This document shows positions 58,757 through 64,000 of a stretch of DNA of 64,000 nt, piece by piece; within the stretch, counting starts at the first letter, position 1, and each line of letters begins with the position of its first letter. Position numbers and translations under genes: made by a program. Under the pieces are notes generated by a model that saw only the letters and a list, made by a program, of their open reading frames with translations, was not told where the DNA came from and searched no databases. The stretch is taken from NCBI GenBank assembly GCA_964416545.1, contig CAYQEN010000003.1:19166-83165 (forward strand). Direction: 5' to 3'. Source of the stretch: an uncultured Bacteroides sp. (GTDB lineage Bacteria; Bacteroidota; Bacteroidia; Bacteroidales; Muribaculaceae).

Positions 58757-61700
58757 ATGAAAAAGTACGAAATAATCAACAATGCGCTGGGCTGGCTTTG
58801 CTTCGTCATCGCCACGGTGACATACATGCTCACCCTGGAGCCCACAGCAAGTTTCTGGGACTGCCCGGAATTTATCCTACAAGGTTTCAAACTCGAAGTG
58901 GGTCACCCGCCGGGCAACCCGGTATTCATGCTCGCGGCGCGATTCTTTGCCAACTTTGCTTTTGGCGATGTAACCAAAGTTTCGCTCATGGTCAATGCCA
59001 TGTCGGGGCTTCTCAGTGCCGGCACTATCCTGTTGCTGTTTTGGACTATTACTCACCTCGTTAAGCGACTCATCGTTGCCGATGATGCCACATCCGTCAG
59101 CCCGGTGAAAATGATTGTCATCTTTGCTTCGGGTCTCTGCGGTGCATTGATGTATGCTTGGAGCGACACCTTCTGGTTCTCGGCTGTCGAAGGTGAGGTA
59201 TACGCCTTCTCTTCGTTCTGTACAGCACTGGTATTCTGGCTTATACTCAAGTGGGAAAACCGCGCCGACCAACCACATAGCGACAAGTATCTCATTTTCA
59301 TAGCCTACATTATCGGCATTTCTATTGCCGTACACCTGCTCAACCTGCTCTGTATTCCGGCAATCGTCCTGATTGTCTACTACAAAAAGTGGAAAGACAC
59401 CACGGCCAAAGGTTCGCTCATTGCTCTGCTCGTTTCAGTAGTTATTGTAGGACTCATTCTCTACGGTCTTGTCCCCGGATTTATCGAGGTCTCGCAATAC
59501 TTCGAACTGTTCTGCATCAATGTGTTGGGCATGTCAATAAACACCGGTGTCATCATCTATGCCGCCATTCTCGTTGCTTCGCTCATTTGGACTATTCGCA
59601 CGCTTTATTGCCAGCGCAGTGCCACAATGATTCGCATATCTTTCATGATTAGCGTATTCCTTTCAGGCATTCCCTTCATCGGCGACAACCTGATGATTCC
59701 TGTGCTGTTCATGATTGCTCTCGGCATATATCTCTTCACTGCCAAGAAACTCCCAATTCGCATCCTCAACCTCGTTGCCACCAGCATCTTGGTTATATTT
59801 GCCGGCTATACTTCGTATGCGCTCCTGCTCATACGCTCTTCTGCTCATACGCCAATGAATCAAAATGCTCCCGACAACGTATTTGCTCTAAGCTCATACC
59901 TCAATCGCGAGCAGTATGGCGACCGGCCTCTCTTCTATGGCGAAACTATCAATTCTTCGCCCGTATACACCGTTCAGTCCGACGGCACAACAACTCCTGT
60001 AGTCAAGGAAGGTCGTGCTCTTTATGCCCGTGCGGTCAAGGAAAATCCCGACGACCCCGATCGCTACTTTAAGACCGGCAATAAGAAAGACTACACCATG
60101 ATGCCCGAACTCAATATGCTCTTCCCGCGCATATATTCGTCGCTTCACGCCTCGGCTTATTCCGACTGGATTGGCGGACTCAAGGGCAAACCTGTGGAAG
60201 CCGTGCAATATGTCACTGCCGATGGCACACCATACCAGCGCACCACTCGCATCAAGCCCACTATGGCTGAAAACCTCACTTTCTTTGTGACTTACCAGCT
60301 CAATCACATGTATTGGCGCTACTTCCTCTGGAACTTCGCCGGTCGACAAAACGATATTCAGGGCAACGGCGAAGCCAACCGTGGCAACTGGATTTCAGGC
60401 ATTCCTTTCATCGACAATCCCCGTTTGGGCGACCAGTCATTACTGCCCGACGAAATGGGCAAGGGAAATGCCGGTCACAACGTATTCTTCATGCTCCCGC
60501 TACTGCTTGGCGTTATCGGTTTGCTATGGCAAGCTTTCACATCCAAGCGTGGCATTGAGCAATTCTGGGTTGTTTTCTTCCTCTTCTTCATGACCGGTAT
60601 TGCTATCGTGCTATACCTCAATCAGACTCCCGCACAGGTGCGTGAACGCGACTACGCCTACGCCGGTTCGTTCTATGCCTACGCTATTTGGGTTGGCATG
60701 GGTGTTGCCGGACTCTGGCGCCTGTTTGTCGCTGCCACAAACAAGGATAAGAAAGCTCAACTCGAAGCCACCGATGAGCCCGACTGCAAGTCACCGGCCG
60801 CCCGTATGTCGCTAATCGGAGCCACAATAGCTGCCATTATCGGTATTTTCGTCCCCTTGCAGGTTGTATCACAGACATGGGACGACCACGACCGCTCCGG
60901 ACGATACACAGCTCGCGATTTCGGACAGAACTACCTCAACAGCCTCGACGAAAACGCCATTATTTTCACCAACGGCGACAACGACACTTTCCCTCTCTGG
61001 TATGCTCAGGAAGTGGAAGGTACTCGCACCGACGTTAAGGTGGTCAACCTAAGCTACCTCACTACCGACTGGTATGCCGATCAGATTCGCCGTCCGTCAT
61101 ACGAAGCCCCGGGCATCGACATGCTGGCTCGCCCGATTGATTACGCATACGACCGTCTGCAATTCACTTACTTCTACGAGCCCGACAGCACCAGAACTCC
61201 GGTTCTTGAAAGTCTTGCTAAGGTATATGCCAACGACAGTAATTCCAAACTCGGCGTTCCGACTCTCGACTACCCCTCGATGTACATTCCCAACGTTCTC
61301 GACGACGCGGTTAAGAGCGGTCGCATTACGGCGGAAGAGGCTGCTGCATCGTCAGATACGCTAAACGTCGACCTTCTCCACAACAACGAGATTATGTCGC
61401 AACGCGGTCTGCGTTTAAGCTCGGTTCTCGCCCTCGACATGCTGGCCACTTCAGCCAAAAACGGTTGGAACCGACCGATTTACTTCGCCATGACCGTTCC
61501 GTCGGAATACTACGTCGGACTCAACCAATATATGCACAACAACGGTCTTGCATACGAAGTTACGCCTCTGCGCAACGCTTCCGGACAGCCCGATGTCAAC
61601 ACCGACAAGATGTACCGCAACGTCACCGAACGCTTCAAATGGGGCGGTCTTGACAAAGTGACAGCTCCCGGACAGATATATCTCGACGAAACTGTACGTC

Positions 61701-62236
61701 GCATGGTGACTACCAACCGCATGGCAATGCTCGACCTCGCTCGTGCGCTCTACAACGAAGCCGTGCGTGCCCACGATGCCGCTCCAAAGGCCGCCACTCC
61801 CGAGGAAAGCAAAGCTCTCTCGGAACGCGCCACTGAGCGTGTCACCAAAGCGCGCAACATTCTCGAACTCATCCGCACCAAGCTCCCAGAAGCCGCCATG
61901 CGCTACTCCATCGAAATTGGTAGCGAAATCGGCGACATCTACGCTCGCATCGGTGAAATGACTGGCAATAAAGCCGACGTCGAACTCGGCCTGAAGATTC
62001 TCCACGACGAAATTATGCGCTACTGCGAAAACATCGTCTACTATCAGAGCCTCTCGCCTCGTCTTTACGCCACTCTCCCCTACATCGACCGCATTATCGA
62101 CCAATATTCGTTCATGAACATGATTCAGACCTACCACAACGCCGGTGGCGACACTGCCACTCTGCTTGAAGAGGTTCAGGCGCGAGGAGTAAACCTCGAC
62201 CGCACCGAAAGCTTCATGGACAGAAGCCAAAGCTGA
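58757..62236 (+). CDS. DUF2723 (TMEM260-like) GT-C-type polytopic membrane protein with a large C-terminal soluble helical-repeat domain
   Basis: The N-terminal signature is YMLTLEPTASFWDCPEFILQGFKLEVGHPPGNPVF. There are at least 10 TM helices, and about 1160 aa in total. Confidence 0.8.
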   Translation: MKKYEIINNALGWLCFVIATVTYMLTLEPTASFWDCPEFILQGFKLEVGHPPGNPVFMLAARFFANFAFGDVTKVSLMVNAMSGLLSAGTILLLFWTITHLVKRLIVADDATSVSPVKMIVIFASGLCGALMYAWSDTFWFSAVEGEVYAFSSFCTALVFWLILKWENRADQPHSDKYLIFIAYIIGISIAVHLLNLLCIPAIVLIVYYKKWKDTTAKGSLIALLVSVVIVGLILYGLVPGFIEVSQYFELFCINVLGMSINTGVIIYAAILVASLIWTIRTLYCQRSATMIRISFMISVFLSGIPFIGDNLMIPVLFMIALGIYLFTAKKLPIRILNLVATSILVIFAGYTSYALLLIRSSAHTPMNQNAPDNVFALSSYLNREQYGDRPLFYGETINSSPVYTVQSDGTTTPVVKEGRALYARAVKENPDDPDRYFKTGNKKDYTMMPELNMLFPRIYSSLHASAYSDWIGGLKGKPVEAVQYVTADGTPYQRTTRIKPTMAENLTFFVTYQLNHMYWRYFLWNFAGRQNDIQGNGEANRGNWISGIPFIDNPRLGDQSLLPDEMGKGNAGHNVFFMLPLLLGVIGLLWQAFTSKRGIEQFWVVFFLFFMTGIAIVLYLNQTPAQVRERDYAYAGSFYAYAIWVGMGVAGLWRLFVAATNKDKKAQLEATDEPDCKSPAARMSLIGATIAAIIGIFVPLQVVSQTWDDHDRSGRYTARDFGQNYLNSLDENAIIFTNGDNDTFPLWYAQEVEGTRTDVKVVNLSYLTTDWYADQIRRPSYEAPGIDMLARPIDYAYDRLQFTYFYEPDSTRTPVLESLAKVYANDSNSKLGVPTLDYPSMYIPNVLDDAVKSGRITAEEAAASSDTLNVDLLHNNEIMSQRGLRLSSVLALDMLATSAKNGWNRPIYFAMTVPSEYYVGLNQYMHNNGLAYEVTPLRNASGQPDVNTDKMYRNVTERFKWGGLDKVTAPGQIYLDETVRRMVTTNRMAMLDLARALYNEAVRAHDAAPKAATPEESKALSERATERVTKARNILELIRTKLPEAAMRYSIEIGSEIGDIYARIGEMTGNKADVELGLKILHDEIMRYCENIVYYQSLSPRLYATLPYIDRIIDQYSFMNMIQTYHNAGGDTATLLEEVQARGVNLDRTESFMDRSQS

Positions 62237-62237
62237 T

Positions 62238-62855
62238 ATGCTGATTGAACAACCGCCACTCCTATATCGCCTCCTTTTTCCGGAGGCGATATGGCGTGTT
62301 AAAAACAAAGGGTCACGCTCGGTCTACCTCACCTTCGACGACGGGCCGATTCCCGAAGTCACGCCTTGGGTACTCGACACTCTCGACTCTTTTGGTGTAA
62401 AAGCCACATTCTTCCTCGTGGGCGACAACGTTCGTCGTAATCCGCAACTTTTCGACGAGATTAAGCTACGCGGACACAGCTTCGGAAATCATACCATGCA
62501 CCACCTACAAGGCATGAAAGTCACCACTTTACGCTACATGCGCGACATCACCGAAGCCGACACTCTCATCGACAGCGTTCTTTTCCGACCGCCACACGGC
62601 ATCATTCGTTGGGCTCAAGCGGCCGCAATCAAAAATCACTACAACATTGTGATGTACGACCTCGTCACGCGCGACTACTCTCGAAAAGTCACTCCCGAGC
62701 AAGTACTCGAAAACGTAAAGCGATTCACCCGAAACGGCTCTATTATCGTATTCCACGACTCGCTGAAAGCCGAGCGAAACCTCCGCTACGCCCTTCCGCG
62801 AGCTATACAATGGCTCAAAGACGAAGGTTATGAATTCCGCACCCTTCCCCGTTGA
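62238..62855 (+). CDS. polysaccharide deacetylase family protein (CE4)
   Basis: LTFDDGP, ATFFLVG, SFGNHTMHH, LFRPPHG. Confidence 0.85.
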   Translation: MLIEQPPLLYRLLFPEAIWRVKNKGSRSVYLTFDDGPIPEVTPWVLDTLDSFGVKATFFLVGDNVRRNPQLFDEIKLRGHSFGNHTMHHLQGMKVTTLRYMRDITEADTLIDSVLFRPPHGIIRWAQAAAIKNHYNIVMYDLVTRDYSRKVTPEQVLENVKRFTRNGSIIVFHDSLKAERNLRYALPRAIQWLKDEGYEFRTLPR

Positions 62856-63747
62856 CGAATCACTGCAAAGTCTTCTGACACAAGCAGGTGCCATTCGTTG
62901 GGGCGTATCTGATGCCCTTTCCGTCGACCCTTACGTCGACGACACATTCAGCGCATGGATATCTCGCGGATGCAATGCCGGCATGGACTACCTCGACCGC
63001 TACCACGACATTCGCCACGACCCGCGCCTGCTCCTCGAAGGCACAAAATCCATCATCTCCATCGCCTTCCCCTACTGGCACCCCGACGCCGCAGACTCGC
63101 GCATTGCAGCCTACGCCCTCGGCAGCGACTACCACGAAGTCCTGCGCCGGCGCCTTACCCCCGTAGCCGACGAAATTACCCGCCGCTACGGTGCACAGAC
63201 ACGCATCTGCATCGACACAGCACCCATCCACGAACGATATTGGGCTCTCCGCTCAGGCGTCGGATTCATCGGGCTCAACCGCCAGCTCATCGTCCCCGGA
63301 GCCGGCTCTTTCTGCTTCCTTGCAGAAATCCTCTCTACAGCGCGTTTCGCACCCACACCCTCACTACCCTCCACCCAATGCGAAAAATGCCGAAAATGCC
63401 TCCGTGCATGCCCTTCTGGCGCACTTTCCGCATCAGGCCTTGACGCTCGTCGCTGCATCTCGTATCTCACCATCGAACACCGCGGCGATTTCACACCCGA
63501 AACCGACCTCCACGGCCGACTCTACGGATGCGACAAATGCGCCCTCGCATGCCCCCACAACGCTCACCCGGCCATCACTACCATCGACGAATTCATTCCT
63601 CGTCCACACATCGCCGCGCTCACCCCCGACGACGTCCTCCTCCTCGACCAGCAGGCATTCTCCGCCATCATGCGCCACTCCCCCATCAAGCGCGCAAAAC
63701 TCGCCGGACTCCGACGCAACGCCCTCCGACTGCTCCGCCGCGACTAA
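62830..63747 (+). CDS. queG: tRNA epoxyqueuosine(34) reductase
   Basis: Two 4Fe-4S motifs, CEKCRKCLRACPSGA and CDKCALACPHN. Also CISYLTIEH. Confidence 0.92.
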   Translation: MNSAPFPVDESLQSLLTQAGAIRWGVSDALSVDPYVDDTFSAWISRGCNAGMDYLDRYHDIRHDPRLLLEGTKSIISIAFPYWHPDAADSRIAAYALGSDYHEVLRRRLTPVADEITRRYGAQTRICIDTAPIHERYWALRSGVGFIGLNRQLIVPGAGSFCFLAEILSTARFAPTPSLPSTQCEKCRKCLRACPSGALSASGLDARRCISYLTIEHRGDFTPETDLHGRLYGCDKCALACPHNAHPAITTIDEFIPRPHIAALTPDDVLLLDQQAFSAIMRHSPIKRAKLAGLRRNALRLLRRD

Positions 63748-63778
63748 ATCCCCACCCCTACACAACTACATTACACAC

Positions 63779-63815
63779 AAAAAAATCAGCCACCCGACAT
63801 CCGTCGAATGGCTGA
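63779..63815 (-). terminator. rho-independent terminator after the SusD-like gene
   Basis: The minus strand has hairpin tcagccattcgacggatgtcgggtggctga followed by T7. Confidence 0.6.
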
Positions 63816-63854
63816 CCATTTCCCTATTATTGACCTATTTACAAGATCCTAAAT

Positions 63855-64000
63855 TTATCTTTCGGCATATTCACCACCGGCAGCAGGCCAGTTAATGTTC
63901 TGGTAGAGATTTGTGTTCTCTACGTTGCGGTCGGGAGAAGCCGAAGTCATGTCAACAAGACCAAGCGGATAGAGGTAGTAAGCTTCCTTCCAAGAATATC
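63855..64000 (-). CDS. C-terminal fragment of a possible SusD/RagB-family lipoprotein (5' part outside the window)
   Basis: My manual translation gives ...YSWKEAYYLYPLGLVDMTSASPDRNVENTNLYQNINWPAAGGEYAER*. It resembles the SusD C-terminal pattern YL(F/Y)P(I/L)...NPNL.QNPGW. It is too short to appear in the ORF track. Confidence 0.35.
   Translation of the reverse strand, partial: YSWKEAYYLYPLGLVDMTSASPDRNVENTNLYQNINWPAAGGEYAER

Noticed and set aside
61451-62308. A 285-aa antisense ORF. Many similar long ORFs occur (e.g. 57004..57732, 20504..21244, 1298..2005, 36416..37030, 52007..52570, 48245..48937, 50978..51562, 63191..63895, 46875..47507).
   Set aside because: All are nested opposite to, or out of frame with, genes that have strong family signatures. 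Their translations are low-complexity (Arg/His/Pro/Ser- or Gly/Val-rich) with no recognisable motifs. This is typical of the stop-codon depletion caused by codon bias in GC-rich coding DNA.
1-64000. A strand-composition switch (origin or terminus) suggested by dnaX and xerD being in the window.
   Set aside because: Spot counts of 60-nt lines across the window show C equal to or greater than G on the given strand, regardless of gene orientation. I saw no obvious sign change. A proper cumulative GC-skew calculation was not possible, so this is only a negative impression.

Overview
This is a gene-dense (over 90% coding) chromosomal segment that reads as Bacteroidota/Bacteroidales. Supporting signs are the type IX secretion genes porU and gldE, a SusD-like gene fragment, a pdxJ-exbB-exbD-tonB block, and many TAnnTTTG -7 promoter motifs. 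I annotate 56 CDS (2 cut by the window edges), tRNA-Ser(CGA), tRNA-Lys(CUU), several rho-independent terminators and candidate promoters. Most genes are housekeeping: folK, fmt, dnaX, xerD, uvrC, apt, mnmG, ybeY, cysS, nadK, pdxJ, queG, gluQ, dus, the rfbACDB dTDP-rhamnose operon, and a PiT/PhoR/PhoB phosphate module. The only accessory-looking stretch is about 15.3-26.3 kb. It looks AT-richer in spot checks and carries glycan genes: yfhO, a putative galactofuranosyltransferase plus glf, and a wzx / Wzy_C-like / GT2::GT11 fusion / GT2 operon. I found no CRISPR array, transposase, prophage, toxin-antitoxin pair or recognisable defence system. I cannot defend a self-contained new system with high confidence. 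The best leads, all hypotheses, are: (1) the minimal Wzx/Wzy_C/GT operon and two orphan GT-C-type giant membrane proteins (YfhO next to glf; DUF2723 coupled to a CE4 deacetylase) as candidates for uncharacterised extracytoplasmic or protein glycosylation; (2) an orphan CI/LexA-like XRE-S24 self-cleaving repressor co-transcribed with a secreted TPR protein, with an inverted repeat bracketing its promoter; (3) a membrane-anchored GH25 muramidase directly upstream of porU; (4) two C8 homopolymer tracts inside CDSs, one of them the putative galactofuranosyltransferase. Many long antisense or alternate-frame ORFs in the track are composition artefacts and were rejected.
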